Positions 13,101-28,600 of a stretch of DNA of 64,000 bases are shown here, piece by piece. The notes beneath the pieces are model-generated. The model did not search any database, was not told the origin of the DNA, and saw only the letters and a program-made list of their open reading frames with translations. The translations under genes were made by a program, and so were the position numbers. Each line of letters begins with the position of its first letter. Position 1 is the first letter of the stretch. Source of the DNA: Lingula anatina. Taxonomy: Eukaryota > Animalia > Brachiopoda. The stretch covers positions 1,984,001 to 2,048,000 of the forward strand of contig CM120646.1 in NCBI GenBank assembly GCA_051362555.1, written 5' to 3'.

Positions 13101-16100
13101 ATTGAGATTCCCAAGCTCTTTGAGCATGACATTTCAGTATATGCAGGTGCAATATGGACCTCTTTATATGCACTGAGGTAATCCTAAGGGATACCAACAT
13201 GCACATAGTGACAGAGGCATGACTGTGACCTGATGAATTTATATAATGTTGCAAGGGGCACATCAGCTGTCTTATCAATTGTACCTTCTTTGAAAGGAGA
13301 GTCAAGGGGCATTCAACGATTTACAGCTGTTTGTGAGGTGGGATTGCGTCTAGAGACAATGTGGAACATTGTGAAAGACGGTTGATTATGTGGAACTGCA
13401 CAGACATGAGGTTTACATACCCAGTGATTGTCATACCAGGTTTCAGAAACTCCAACATAACAGAACCAAAATGCATAAATTTATTTGTCTCATTACCAGT
13501 CTTTCCTCAGTAATGTATGAAACATGCATAGAATTAACAACTCTTGGGATTCTGTCTGTGGTATTTCAAAAGTCCTCTTAATTCAGGTGATTTTCACTCT
13601 GGAAATTGCTTAATCTCAATCCTGTAAAAATACGAAGGAAGGGAGCAGACTGATGATCCTTTCTTTGAAATCTGGGGTCATTTTCAAAATTGGCCAATCA
13701 TGATTTCAAAAGTTTATCTGCTTTGGTGAAGTTGGGGTATCTGTATTCTGTGAGAATTTCCTTCTTAATATGTCCTCTTCAGTGGATGAAGGACTTTGTC
13801 TATGGATGCTTTTGGAGAAAAGGATTATGATTAAAGTGAATTCTATTAGGCGATTTCCTCTCCCAGTGATAAGCGAGTTCAGTTCGGTCTGCAAATTAGG
13901 TGTGATTATGCCAAAAATAGACATGCCACTGAAAAGTATATTTTTATTCAGTAGTGTAAATTTTAAATCAAATTAAGGTCATTGTGGTTTGATTGATCTA
14001 AATATAGTTGCTCTAAGGTTTGTATAGACTGGGTCAACTTTGGATTGAAAATCAGAATAACAGTCCTCCCATTACCTCATTTTCAATCCATATTAGTCTT
14101 TGTCTGAACTGTTCTCCAGCTGGGATGCCAAATCATTGACCTTAATGAACAGGGTACAACCTGTTATTTGATAGAGAACAGGAGATGGGACATGAAGATA
14201 TGGTATAACAAATTTCACTGGTTATGTAGTTGGCCAATAGAATAATTTGTTACTGTGGTTTTTTGCTTTGATAGGTACATAATTTGGGTAGGCATTTAGG
14301 TCTGTATTTTGCATCAGGTATTTTGTGAATTACTTGTGTTTCTGCATTAAATGTAATTATGGAGCATGCTTGAAGAATTTTGGAAAAAGCAGTGATATTT
14401 GTGAAATATGAATGAAGAACAGTGGTGAACCGTGTGGGTTTTCACACAATGAATCCTTTATTATAAGATAACAAAGATTAATTCTAAAGGGACATACCAT
14501 TCGCTATGGTTTGTAGAAATAATGATTATGATCTATTTTCAAAAATTCCATCTTAATGTTGAATTTTTATAGGTATTAAAATACAAATTGCACAAATTAG
14601 TATTACAGCCAGATGTCACACTGGCTAAAGAATTGAAGCAGTACCAAGAGATGCCCCTCTTCTTCAGTTTGAATTACATGTACTGTTATCAGACCTGCTA
14701 ATAGACAAATTCAATTTACTTATTAAATTCTACAATAGATGGCCATGAGAGCAGGGCTTTTATTGTATGGTGATTACATTACTGTGCCATTTACAATGGC
14801 AGTGGGCCTTTTCACTGTGGGGCTTTAATACAATAAACATAATACATTTGTCTATAAAAGTTAAAATGATGCCCCAATTTTTTTTATAAAATAACATTTT
14901 ATACCACCAAACTAATTTTGAATGAAATTCAAGCATATACACCAAGTGGTCCACAGTAGCCCCCTCAATATTACCTTACTTTTGACATTACTTCATTGTA
15001 TGAGATTAAATTACTAGTAAAGCAAAACTGCAAAAATAAATTATAGTTCCATGGCGTTCTCTCTTTTTGACACCTGAAAATTTATGCTAAGATGTCACTG
15101 CCATTGATTACTGGGGTGTACAGGTCTCATATTTATGTATCAGAGACATATAATTTTTCAGCTAATTTTAAAATTAGGCAATTTCTGGTAGGCCAAACTA
15201 TACAGAAGTCTTTCCCAGCCTGGGGGCCGTGTTATTTGGAGTCCGTTAATTGCCAGTATTTTTGCAGAGACACAGTGATTAGTCAGACGGCAAGTCTGGT
15301 TCTGATTCACTTTCGATATATATGTACATAAAATAAAAGTGAGTCAGCGTTTTCTTTCTTTTGTGTAAGTATGGATAGGATAAAACATTTTGAGAATTGA
15401 AACCAGTGTTGAAGTACAGTGTTACTCATAAACTGTGTGTATTTGATCAAACTCGTCAGAAAAGGTTTTGTTGGATCTTTTGCATAAGTTTTCCCTTTTG
15501 CTGGTTTTAGTTTATCTTTTGATATATATATACATAAAGTAAAAGTGAGTCAGCGTTTTCTTTCTTTTGTGTAAGTATGGATAGGATAAAACATTTTGAG
15601 AATTGAAACCAGTGTTGAAGTACAGTGTTACTCACAAACTGAGTGTATTTGATCAAACTCGTCAGAAAAGGTTTTGTTGGATCTTTTGCATAAGTTTTCC
15701 CTTTTGCTGGTTTAAGTTTATCTTTTCGTAACCAACACTTGCGATTCACTGCACAGTTCAAGAACTACCGTAACTCCATCTTGATGTTCATTGTTCTAAA
15801 TTTTCATCCAGAAATTTGAACCAGGTTAGATTTTCCAATCCACAGGCGATTCAACAAGTGGTAAAAGTAGACCACTGCCTTGTCAGGGTTCAGATCATAT
15901 TTTTCCAATTATGCCGTCAGCAAAATCAACACTTTTTCAACTCTGGAATAACTTGATCTAACCTTCAGTGCTGACTTAACAAACACGGATGGTTGTTTTT
16001 GGCTGGTGTTGTAAACTTGGTGCGTTAACCTCTTTTATCCAGGTGTAGAACCACTATAATTTATCCTTGGCCCCTGTGCTGTATACCCAATATCAACCAC

Positions 16101-19100
16101 CAGTAAAACATGGAAAGGGTTAGGGAAAAAATAGGTGGCCCTGAAAAGGGCAGACTGATGGTCATCAACAAAACAAGCTAATAAAACAGTGAAACCATGA
16201 TATGCCATTGAGTTGGTTAGGAAAGTTTGAATTGATTACAAGGCTTGATGGCTGATGCATGTTTGTTGTTTTGTTGTGAGACCTAGAGCAGATATCATTT
16301 TAAATCTTTTTATACAAAAAATAATTGCTTATATTCTAAATTCAAATATATTTTTAATAATTTCTTTTCAAAATCAAAATGCATACATATTACTATTTGT
16401 TATTTTGCATTTTTTATGTTATTTTTTATCTTCCTCTTTTTATTTTTTTCAAAGAAATGCTGTATTGGACATTTTTTTTTTTTTACGTTTGTTGGTAGCA
16501 GTCAGGTGAACATACATGTATACAAGTGGGAGGGGAAGAATACATGTTTACAACTTTGTAACACTGTCAACCACAAGTATGTGTTATCAGCAGTCAATCA
16601 ACACTCCCAGGCTCTAGTTACCAGTGACTTGGATGACAGATATATGAGAATGTCACACTTACTTAAGATGCAGGATACCATGTATGAAATGAGCTCGTCT
16701 TGTACAAGTTTCAAGTCCCATTCTGGTCTGCTCAAACCCCATTTGATATTTATTTTGTTTATTTTTATTTTCATGGTCTTCATTATTTTGATTTTTTAAT
16801 TTGATTGATTTATTGGCAAATAATGTAGTTTGAATTGTGATCATTTCGTTTTTACTAGTGAAAAAAAAACAGTATTTTTTCCTCAAGTAGAGAATCCCAA
16901 ATGGCTCATTGGCAGGGGCCCACTCCAGACTTCCCTGCCTCGTATCCCTGACCCAAGTTGCTGTCCAGCTTGAAAAACCCGTGTCACCAGCCATCACAAA
17001 TGTCACACGAGTAGCCGTGATTGTGTCACACAATCCCAAGTTATGCGACATTGGAATTCTCACTAACAGACCCTGAAGGCTAAAAGGCTTTCAAAGCCCC
17101 CTGATGCCATTTCATAGTACTGGATATCATGTGTCCATTGTGTTTGGGCCCCCGGGGTCACATTTCTCTGCCCATTGAGGGTTCCGTTGTCTGCGCTGTA
17201 TCTTCTAATTACAGCATTCATGGAGGAGAAATTGTATACTGAAACAGTTAAAATGAACCCATACCAATTTTCATTCTTGTGATTGGGGATATTTCTCAGC
17301 GCACTCTTTGAAAAGTGAGCCGTTCTCAGTTGTGATTCCTTGATAAGACATGCTAGTTTCTTTGCCCCAGTCTATCCATTTTAATAGTGGACTTTTTTCA
17401 TAAAATTTGTAAGAAGTCAAATATTTTAGAATAAAGTAATTCAGTTACATTAGTAAAGTTTGGTAAAAAAAAATAATAATAATAATAAGAGAAATAAATT
17501 TTAAAGATTGAAGGAGGATGGCTAAATATTCTTGAATCTTTGGAGGCTGTACCTGGTACATCTACAAGGTTTATTACGTAAAGTGAAAGTGAATAAATCT
17601 TAAGTACAAGTGCTGGGTTGTTGTCATTGGATTACATTATACTTAGTGCGATATAAAAGGGGTTCAGTATATTATATAGCAGGGGTTTTATCTCCCTTCA
17701 AGTCAATTAACACAAGAGCTAACTGATTGACGTGTTTGACACCTCTTGCCCCTAGCAGCTTTCAAATCTATTCTCTTTTCTTTCTCTCGGCCACTTATTT
17801 ACTCCTTGTATAACAATGGCTGTAGGAATGTGGCAGGGAAGGGAGATTACAGGTCCGTTTACAGGAATAACAATTTCTGCAAGTTCTGAACCAAATGCGT
17901 TCACACAATAGTGGAGAGGGTGATTGCTTTATGATGTCAGTTGGTTTCCAGGACGACCGTCTGGAGTTGATTGCTTTGACCTCTGCTGTGGACTGTTTCA
18001 ATGTCACTTCTTAATGAATTTTTTAATTGTGATTTATCATATAATCAACATTTTTGCCAAAAAGAGGAGTTATTATGTTCATACTATTAATGGCAAGAAT
18101 ATAACATTTTGAGGCAAGCTAAAACAGACTGGTTTAAAGAAAAGTATCATAGAAGCATAAATGCATAGATCGAGCTGACAACACTGCTAAAAGAAGACTC
18201 GTGTGAAAGTGCCCCAATGCAAACTTCTTCACTCCTCATTACCTACGCACACTCAATAGATCCCCGCTTGCAAGCATGTTATTCAACATTCATTCATCCC
18301 GCCACGCAAACGAAATTGAGCAGCTCTCATGCCTATTTGAATATAACAACAGAGGTTCATTTGTAAGCTATTTATATTTGGTGGCCCCGAGTCTTGATAT
18401 TATACGACATCAATGAGAGGTCTAAGTGGATAAAAAGTAAGAAAACACCTCGATGTTAAACGTATGTCCGTGTGTGTCTAAAGGTCACTTACAGATGCTG
18501 AGTAGGGATAAGAGGGTATCTGATGACCACTGGGCACAAAGGGTGGACACGAAGTTAACCGAGAGAAAATAGTTTAACAGAAGCCCCGAGGGAAGTCGTT
18601 TTCAAAATTGAAAAGTGAATTGGTCGCTGAATTCCTCTGCTGTGTCACTGACAGTGTCATTGTGGCATTGTCACAGCCTCAGCGGGCCATTGTTGTGACT
18701 GGTAAAGCACATATTTTCATTTGATTTGCTTTTTCCTGGTCCCTTGATTTTCTTGCAGATCACACAACAGGCTTCCATGCTCACCATGTTTTTATTGCTA
18801 ACTCTAGTTAAATGAGAGACAATATTTACCTCCCAGTCAAACTTTAAAACATGCATAAAATGTGAATTCTGAAAAGAAGTAATCTCATTATATTTTGTGG
18901 ATTTTTTTGCCAGGGATTTAAAGTTACCAATTTAAAGTTCGAAAAAAGTGATGAATTGTTGTCATCTTTCATTTTTCAACATGTTTTGATAACTTTCCTT
19001 ATTCTTTCTTTTCATCAAATTTAGAACAGTTACATTATTTAGACCACTGATCTTTGCAGCTGTTTTTCTACACAGGGCCTCCCAGATCAATCCTATCTAA

Positions 19101-19269
19101 ATTGTGTAAAAAATCCTAGACTTGGGATTCCAAGATCTGAAATTGGTGGATTCTATTCCCATAGCCCAGATGCCACTGCTGATAGTGCACCTGTCACAGT
19201 AACAGGTTGTGAATAATGATTTTTGTGGGAAAATATATATACTAGTGTTGGAGAAAGTTGTATTTTAGC

Positions 19270-19359
<90 letters not shown>

Positions 19360-19569
19360 TCTCCCCCACACACACACACACACACAATGCACTTTCTCTG
19401 AAGGTTTTAACTCATTTATATCTGCTTTCATCTTCCCTTCTCCTTGTCCTGCATAACAAGCAATATGAAAAATGCTTAGTGTTGGCAAGACTTGACCACC
19501 CAAACCCACATCAATTTTCCTGTCAGTTGTCCACCTTAAAGGACAGAACTGGAACTAGCTTGTAAATGG

Positions 19570-19645
<76 letters not shown>

Positions 19646-22600
19646 CTTACACCCCATTCTCATAGATTAGATCGACCTACATTGGATCGACCTAACTCCC
19701 TGGGGGTTCACGCTAAATAGCTGTCAGCCGGGCGGACACGAAAGTTAATTACCCCTTAAAGCTTGTAGTAGGCAGGGACGGACACTTAAGGGGGATTATC
19801 TGACAGTAATCTAGTGAGACTCCCCGCGGTGATAGATCGATCTAAAAGTTGTGAGAACAGAGCCATAGACTCTTAAAACTTGGTTAGCTGACTATGCTAA
19901 GTGGACTACATGTTGGTGGCAAAAGAGTGTTTTGGGAAAGATTGGTCTGCAGATAATGTAGTTGACATACTTTAATGGGATATTTTTACCACTGGGAGAA
20001 AAAAATCATTGTCAAGACGATCATAGTTTGTTGTGGGGGGGGGGGGGGGGCAAAGTATTAGTTCATAATCAAAAAGTTAGGTAAACTTGAGCAGCAGTTA
20101 AGACTTGTGAAACAACTTAGATGGCCAATTTCTTCTCAGATTTTTTTTAAAATTTCAGTCGTTTTGTGCCACTGGCCCCTGGTGCTGTTACTCACCGAGG
20201 CATGAAACTGAGGCTATGTCGATAACAACTGCGACAAGTTTTATGTCTTGCATGATGCCTATCTCAGTTTTTTTGGCACCTTTTGGATTCAATTTGAGTT
20301 TTTGCACACATAAATCACCAACTGTTACAACATTTTGAAAAGCATAGGAAGCAATACTGATGCTTATCTTGTTCTATAGAATGTTTTATTCCGCTGTTTA
20401 ACTACAGGGTAGTTCTCACAAAAAAAAAGATATTATATTTTTAACGGAACTTTTTTTGGTCTCATAATTATCTGTAATGATGAATCATTGAAGGAGATGT
20501 CCTAAACAGATTGCTTTACTTGAATGTGCTATAACCAACAAAATGTCATTTTTGTTAAAAAAAGAATCAAAATTTCATCATTCAAAGTATTAACTGAAAG
20601 AAAATTTAAACTAGTAATAAATATGACATCCCTATAAGTTGTGTTTGACAGGAGTCAGGTAGATTACACAATATGGGAACGTAAATATTTTGAAAAGACA
20701 ATACAGACACACAAGGATTTGAGATGTCTGAGGGTGCAGGAACAGGAACGATAAGTGGTCGGATGAAATGACTGCTCTTGTTTAATTGATAACATTTCAT
20801 AAGCCAATTGAAAGAGAATTCCTCTCCTATACAATTGAACACATAAAAGTGGAAGAGGACATGATATTTGACCTGACCACAATGGACAGTCCCAATGAAG
20901 TGACCACCACTTTTGACCACTCAAGACAAACAGAGTGGACAAACACACAACCTGTGGCCAAACTTGACTTAACCCCCTCCGATGGCAGTGGGCAGTAAAT
21001 ATTGGCATTGAAATTAACAGTGGAATGTGAAAGTGAACCAATGTGACTTGAGGCATTGGGTAAACCACCAGTCACTGACCACACAGGTGGACGGGGTTCT
21101 CGGTTGTGGTCAGTCCTTTTGACCACTGACCACCAGGGTTGTTGGTCACATTCCCAATGAAATTTTTGTTCTTCGTAGATTGACCCAACTCTGCGGAGAC
21201 TCTCGCTAAATGCTATCTGACTCTACTAGTTTCTAACTTACGCATATATAACCAGTTTTCTGTGTTCTGCTCATCACCAAGAGCATGTATAAAAAGAACC
21301 TGTATGAAGATGTACAAGAAAGTTGTGGGGGAGCACAGACAAAAAATATTTTATATAGGTGATTGAAATCCAGGTGAATAAATAATTGCACAGTATTACT
21401 GGTAGAGGTACTACTGGTAGAGGTGATACCATTTATAATTTCATTTAATGATAAATCATTGTCAATATTGATAATATGACACAACACAAGACCATAGAGC
21501 CAAGCCTTAACATACTTGATAGACATCTATGGACTTCGCCTCAATCCCACCACTAATACCAGGATATACAACAGCACCAGTGAATCAGGGGCACTTGAAA
21601 CAGTTTAAAAACAACTTAAATTAGATAAAGCATGCTTAGCAAAAAAATGTGATTATTTCGTGATTGTGCTGTTTAAGACTCATCAGGCAGAGGGAAGGTC
21701 TTGCAGACATCATTATGTAAAGACTGATGAACTTCTTGTCATCAAAACTTCCAAAGTGTTTTTTAAGCTGCATAATCATTATTAAAATACAATGAAGTGA
21801 GTTTAAGTATTTTGACCCTGCCAGATGTTGGTAATTTCAAAATCTGTCCCTAAGTTATCATGAGGATTTATTGCGAACATCTGCAAAATTGAAATGATGA
21901 TAGTGTCACAATTGCAAGGCCTCTTGATACTTACGTAACGGTAGTGTCACATACAGATATCTTATCTAAAGCAAAATGACAATTTGTTTTCCCTAGAAAT
22001 CAGATGTGTTGTGGGAATAAAGGAAACAGGATGAAAAAAAAATGAGACAAAACTAAAAGGAACATGGGGACTTAACTTTGTTAGGAGAGGATCATTAAAG
22101 ATCATGGTGATGTAATCGCAAACTGGAATGGTATGAAACAAGGGTTAATGGCAAAGAAATGAAAGGGTTTCGTGCAGTGTGTGATGGTATATGGCATTCT
22201 GGCACACCTATATTTTACATGATAACAATGAATATTTAATTAATGAAGGGGGTACCTTACCATTACTCTCCTGACCATCATATCTATGCTTTCTCACTTG
22301 ACAGCAATTAAGTCACCATTGCAATGGCATTGACATTTGACATATTTGCTTATCTTTGACATTCATTTGGACGAAGTTTCATTACACGAAAAGATGCCAT
22401 TTACGATCACAGGTATGTTATCTCTTAATTGCCACAATTACCACGAGTTAAAAGGTCAGTTTCTGACCAGTGTCACAATGGTTGGACTCTATGATGACCA
22501 GCAGAGAGATCATTAATAAATCTTATCTTGATCATTAAGTCAGTAAAGGCTAGTTTGACACCACGGTTTGATGCATTTGATTACTTAATGACAGGTTTAA

Positions 22601-25600
22601 AATTGCTACAACACTAAAAAGGTTTCTGGCATTTGAGATGGGTAAGATATTTTAATACAGTAGCCCTACACTCATTCTTATAGAAGTAGCAGTTGGCATA
22701 TTAATATTATTATTTTTTGCAGAACCCACCTTATGTCATGGTAATTATCAGTTTATTCAGTTACTTTAAATATATATATGTTAAAACCAAAAAACAAACG
22801 CTCAGGCACGATCAGCTCACGACTCCTATCTTCCAATTCAGTAACAGTTAACATAAACTGATCCTGGCATAACCGAGCTATTTCGAACAATAAATACTTA
22901 ACTAAATTATTAGCTGATGGGTTTAGGATGGATTGACTGGACAACTAAGGTTATAGTGCCTTCTTATTAAAATTCAGCATATAACAATTTGTCTTTTTGT
23001 GTATGATTAAAGAGGAAGGATGCATAATGACGGACACTGATAGATGGATAGACATTCTGAACAATCAGCCTGCCATCAATCAGACATCAATGTTGTTTTT
23101 ATTTAGAGGCAGACAGACAGGCAGACAAACAGACAGACAATCAGGCAAATGAGCAGACAAACAAATAGAAACAGACAGGATAGGTAGATAGCATCATGGC
23201 ATTTTCCTGGCACCCTGTAACTACTTAAGTGGTCAGAACAAATTGTCAGATATCTCATCATTAGTATGGCTCATTAAGGGCAGTTTCAGGACACTAAGCA
23301 GCTTAAACAAATAACATCAAATTGTTTTGCCACTGTTTTAAAGGCTTTTTTGTTCATTTGCAGTTTTACCACTTGACAGTCATGCAGTGACTTGATTTTC
23401 TTTGGTGTTAGAAGTGTTTTCTCTCTCATTTTAGCTCTCAAATTGTCATGAAATCCCATGGGGAGGAGGGGGGGTAACATAAAAGTCTATATTGATAAGC
23501 ATCTTTTCGTGCATCTCCAAAACAGTTTCATTACCATGTTATTATATTTCTGACAAATCTTTTTCTGACATAGATTTGTATGAAAGAAGTCAAGTTGTAC
23601 CGATCAATAAGACAGATTTTATTTTTATGAAGTCACACATCTTATATTCCAATTGTCGTATAAAAGGTTCAACCTCATTCTTGTTATTGCATTGCACTGA
23701 AAAGCCATCTTTTGTCATTGCGCCTTATCATTAGGTCTCTCCCCTATTACTTTCCTATTGTCTCGACACTGGAGTGCTGGTTTCTGATGACCTCTGATAG
23801 CCTTATAGCTGTATAGTGCCTCCCAGGGACCTATTTTCTGTATTGCGACGGGCATGGAGGTGATACGAACTGTTTAGTCATGGCGTGAAACAGGGTGGGC
23901 CCACCATCACCGCCATGACACTGTGGGTCCATGTCGTTGTGTAGTTTCTTTTTTAAATAATGGAGTGTTTTTTTTTCTTTTGTGAAGTAAAATTATACTG
24001 TATCCCCCATTTATCTTTTTTGTGATAAAATTGATTGTTAGTTTGTTCAACAAGTAACACTTAGTTCTAAAGGAAAGAAAGAACACCTGTTTTATATGAC
24101 TAAGACAGTTTTTTTTTTTTTTTTTTTTTTTTTTTGGGGGGGGGGGAGGGGGGGGACATTTCTCCCCTTTCCTGTGTCCTACATTTAACATTAAAACTTG
24201 AAATATTCCATCTTCCCCCTTCCCTTAGCAGAAGTACTGAATCGGATCCTCCCAAAAATAGAGTCTCATATATAACAAGGCTCACTGGAGCAGCCGTCTG
24301 TTCAGTAGCGTAGCGTGTAGGGTAACATTTGCCTGACAAACCCTTTATCAAATAAAAACACTTAAATTACAATTGTTTTTAGAAGGTGAGACAGTGAAAG
24401 ACATAAAATTTGTGTACACCACTGGTTTTATACATTAACATTTTTCATGCTCGCCAAGTGGTTTTTGCATGCAATAAGGAAATCGTGGGCCCCTGGTTAA
24501 GTGGTGTGCACATTAGAGTACTTGCATATCCTTCAGTCTCATGTTGAATCATTACGTGGAAAAACTCAATCAGAAACAGTGGTTGACTTCAGTAATGTAC
24601 ATAACGTGGCTTACAGCTGGTAGAAGAATGGGCATTTTTGATATATATACAATTGTGTGAGGGGAGACTTCTGAATGATATACAATCTCATGGGTGTAAT
24701 ACTGTATTTTAGATACATTGACATTTTAAGATGAAGAATTGTGAAATTTTTCAATTAAAAAATCAATAATGTATCAGTATGAAAAGTAAAATTCCCATTT
24801 TTATTCATAATTTGGAGCACTATTTTTTTGTTCTTATTGTCTTAAGTTTGTCCTGATGTGACCACGGTTTTGTCTTAGGTTAGTCCCGATGTGGCCACAA
24901 CCTCAGCATCTGATAATAACCTTGTATAGCAATCTCCAACCAAACAGGAAAGCATCCAGATGTGACATGATTGCTGCCAGACCACAAGTCATATTTAGTT
25001 AAAGGTACCATACAGGATAGCCAATGGCAAAGGCTCTCCTCCCAGACTGGAGTGTTTATAGTCTGCTCTAATAACTGACCGCAGACCCACAGACAGAAAT
25101 GTTTTATGATTTCGCTGACCTCAAGTCTCCGTCAGTGAAACAAGAACACGTCCAGATGTCTGGCACCGATCTGTGACATCACAACAAGGATGCTTGTGTT
25201 ATAACTTGTAACAGTTCCCGAAATGACATTATTTTATTGATTATGGCCATTTTTTGAAGTGACAGACCATGTATTGTGCTTGTCTTGAACCAGTTCAACT
25301 CTTTCTAATAGGAAAAATAGATCATCAAACGTAATGCCGAATTTTAAGTTTTGGCTGTTGAAATTGGTTCACGTAAAGTTAACTTTTGTATCAGAAATCA
25401 TCATGTGCAAGCAGCCTACATGCGATTTAAAAAAAACAGGAAATTAATAAAAATTAGCCATTGGGTCGCTATTGTGGAGCCAGAAACAATTGAGGCACTT
25501 GTTGGTTTTGCTTGGAGTCAACTTAACCACTTCCACTTCCCATCATATGAAGTCGGATCAAGTTTTAATGATCAATTTGATATACTAATGGTGGTTCGCA

Positions 25601-28600
25601 CCTTCGTTGTTGAAAGTACTGTAATTAAGTATATATTTTACAAATGCCTTCAGATATCTCTGCCTCTGCAATCTCAATTTTCTGGTTATTTTGAGTCTGT
25701 ATAATATCATGCAAATAAACACTGTATTCACTTTGTCTATAGATAGACTTGGGGATTTCTTATTTTCACATTTAAGCAAAAGTCAATACCAGTTTCTCTT
25801 GATAATGTAGCATGGTTCATTCACATATCTGTGGGCATTTCCTGACGTTGCCCTTCACAACTTTTTTCCATCTCTGGCATCATGCAAGAGCCTTAGGCGA
25901 AATGTCATTCAGTGCATTTTGTAATGACAATTGTAATGTTTCTTTCTGTTTTTTGTATAAAAAAGATAATTGAAAACTTTTTGCAATATTTGACAGAAAA
26001 TGTGTTTTTGGGGTAGTGCTCTATTATTATTATTATCATTTATAAATTTATAAACCACTGTTTTTGCCGTAAGCTGAGAAATTGTGATTCTGATGAAAAA
26101 GGGTCAGCGAATGTTTCATGCAAAATAGTTTTGGCAGTTCAGAAATCAAATTTGCACTGTGTAGTCTCTTTTTCTATTGTCAAACAAAAATAGTCTTTGT
26201 ATTTAATTTGAATGAAAAATATATTTGGCAAATTTTAATAAACCCTAATGGCTTCTTCTATTGTTAATTGTTCCAACAAAGTGCCCAACTGTGGAAAATA
26301 GAAGACCCATTAAACTGAGATTCACTGGGAATTAAACGAACCCTTTACTAATGTCACTTGAATTAACAAAGGAGTTACTGAGAGAGAAAATCCGGATTTT
26401 GTGAAACGGGAACATCCTTTTTGACTTGTGGTCTATGTTTTGAATGGAATGAATGCACTACTGAACGTATAAATGCAAAAGTCAAATTCCTCCGTTAAAT
26501 GCTGAACTGTATAAAGAGAAGATCGGTTTAACTACTAGTATCTGCTCCCTTTCTAGCTTTTCTCAACAGTTGCATGTTAGTATATGTTATGTTTTGGACA
26601 CCCTAAGTCTTGAAGTGTAAGACAGTTTTAACAACAATGGTTTCATTCAACAGTATATGGAGGGTTACAGATAAATCCTGCCATTGTTTTATATAGTAAG
26701 ATATTTTGTAACAAATTAGACACATTAGACAAACTACTAATAAGCTGTACTTTATAAACAAGTAGTTGAGTCATCCAGTGAAATATAACCAATGGAAGTA
26801 GGCCATGGCTGCTAATATAATGTCTACCCAGAAAAGTGAGAGACTATCCGGCTGTCTGTATTTCATCTTTTCATCTCTCCATTAACAAATTGCGAGCACT
26901 ATGAAAAGCTGACAAAGATATCTCGGGGGAGCTTATCTTATACTATGTATGTGTTCTATGGAATGTTAATTGGTAAGATTCCTATCCATTTTCCAAAAGT
27001 ACAGTACCTTTATTCTTATTGATAGATGGTCATTAACTTAATTACTTTTTAATCAGCCTAAAAACACTGCAGAGCTTATGTGCTATATGAAATATATCTC
27101 AATCTTTGTTTCTGTCCATATTTTAAAATATTTCTACATCATCCTTGTTGTAATATATTTCTAAAGACCCTACCAAATTAAACTTCATCACCATTCAAAA
27201 TTTTGAGAGAAAAAGTTCTCCCAATATACCAGGTAGAGAAGATCAAGGTAACAGGTGGACTGCAGGTGTAACAGGTGGTTTCTCAGATAGAACCAGAGGC
27301 CAGGTTGTTAACTTTATCCTGATTAAAAAACCCTCCCTAGTTAAAACCATTCCCAGATTTTTTACCCCATTCACACTGGCAATTTGGACTGCGGTTAAGG
27401 GCTGATCGAGGTTTTATCAGGGTTTACTTTTCTAATGTGAACGGACTATGCCCCCGTGATAGGAAGTAGAATTGGTGAAAGGCTGCCATTGTTGATATCA
27501 CCGCCCTTATGTGTCAGGGTCTCTACTAGCTTCATAGCAAAATGTTCTTTGATACTGATCTTTGTTATACAAAAACCAAGTCTCCATTATCTCATCCTCA
27601 TCAACCTATTTTTCTTGAAAATCTAAGTTGTAGGCAAGGATAACCATTCTTTAAAACAAAGCATGATAGTTTTTGATGATAAACCAATATCTTGATATCC
27701 CACTATATTTTGAAGATAAATCCTTTGATGTAGTTCAGATGTTGATGTATTTTAAGTACCCAATCATAAATTTTATTGCTTTCAAATGTAAAAGATTGAA
27801 CAAAAAAATACCAGCATTACCTGGGTAGAAGGCAGTTGTCATGGCAACAAAATGAATGGGGCTTTGCCATCAACAACATGATCTGATGAGCATTTGTAAA
27901 GAACTTGGATTCAAATAAAATAAATGGGACTCTGTGGTGGGTTTTGTTGCCATGGTGATTTTTATGGACAGAGGAAAATATTTGACCTCATGTGACCCTT
28001 GGTTCAGATATATATATGTTGTCGGGGGGGGGGGGGGGGGTCTGCATGGACAAGCGTCCGTTACTTATCAGCATTAATTGGTCTTTCTTTCGTTCCTGTA
28101 TGTTTTCATAGAATCTTTTGTATTTTGATTTTGATTTGTGTCAAATTGTGTGTGTGTAAAGCTATTTGAGGCCTGGGGACCTAAAATATTATCAGAATTC
28201 TTGAGTCATTGTTTTTGTCAAAATCTGTGTGTCATTGTTTTTGTCAAAATTTAACGTGTCATTTGTGTTGTCACTAAAATATGACTGGGGACCTCTGCGA
28301 GTTACCGAGTTACCGCGTTGACGCTTGTGTCAGGGCATTTACGTGTGACTGTCATCAATTTTGGTGCTATTTTTCACTTACATTGTTTCAGGACATATTT
28401 CTATTCATAGTCAAACTGACACTTGAATGGAACAAGGAGGCACAAGTTGCCAGCCTGTGACGGCACTTTTCCACAACTACTGACAGATTCAAGTGGTTAT
28501 TTTCACTAAAATGGTGACTGAACATTATTAGAGCCAATTTAATGAGTAAAATCAACAAATACCGTAATATGTGTACTTCCAGGGTTATTCTAGTGATGTG

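Noticed and set aside
19153-19456. ORFs over microsatellites (also near 23907-24351, 32250-32502, 38355-38585, 57674-57913, 58866-59108)
   Set aside because: Open only because simple repeats and homopolymers lack stop codons.
20786-20998. 70-aa ORF ending SDGSGQ as an extra exon
   Set aside because: No compatible acceptor/donor pair found; the composition is explained by the TGACCAC cluster.
21074-21114. Hairpin as a pre-miRNA
   Set aside because: Only about 10 bp of stem; no conserved mature miRNA recognised.
27363-27445. CCCATTCACAC...ATGTGAACGG as a Harbinger-like MITE
   Set aside because: Terminal match is too short and degenerate, with no target-site duplication.
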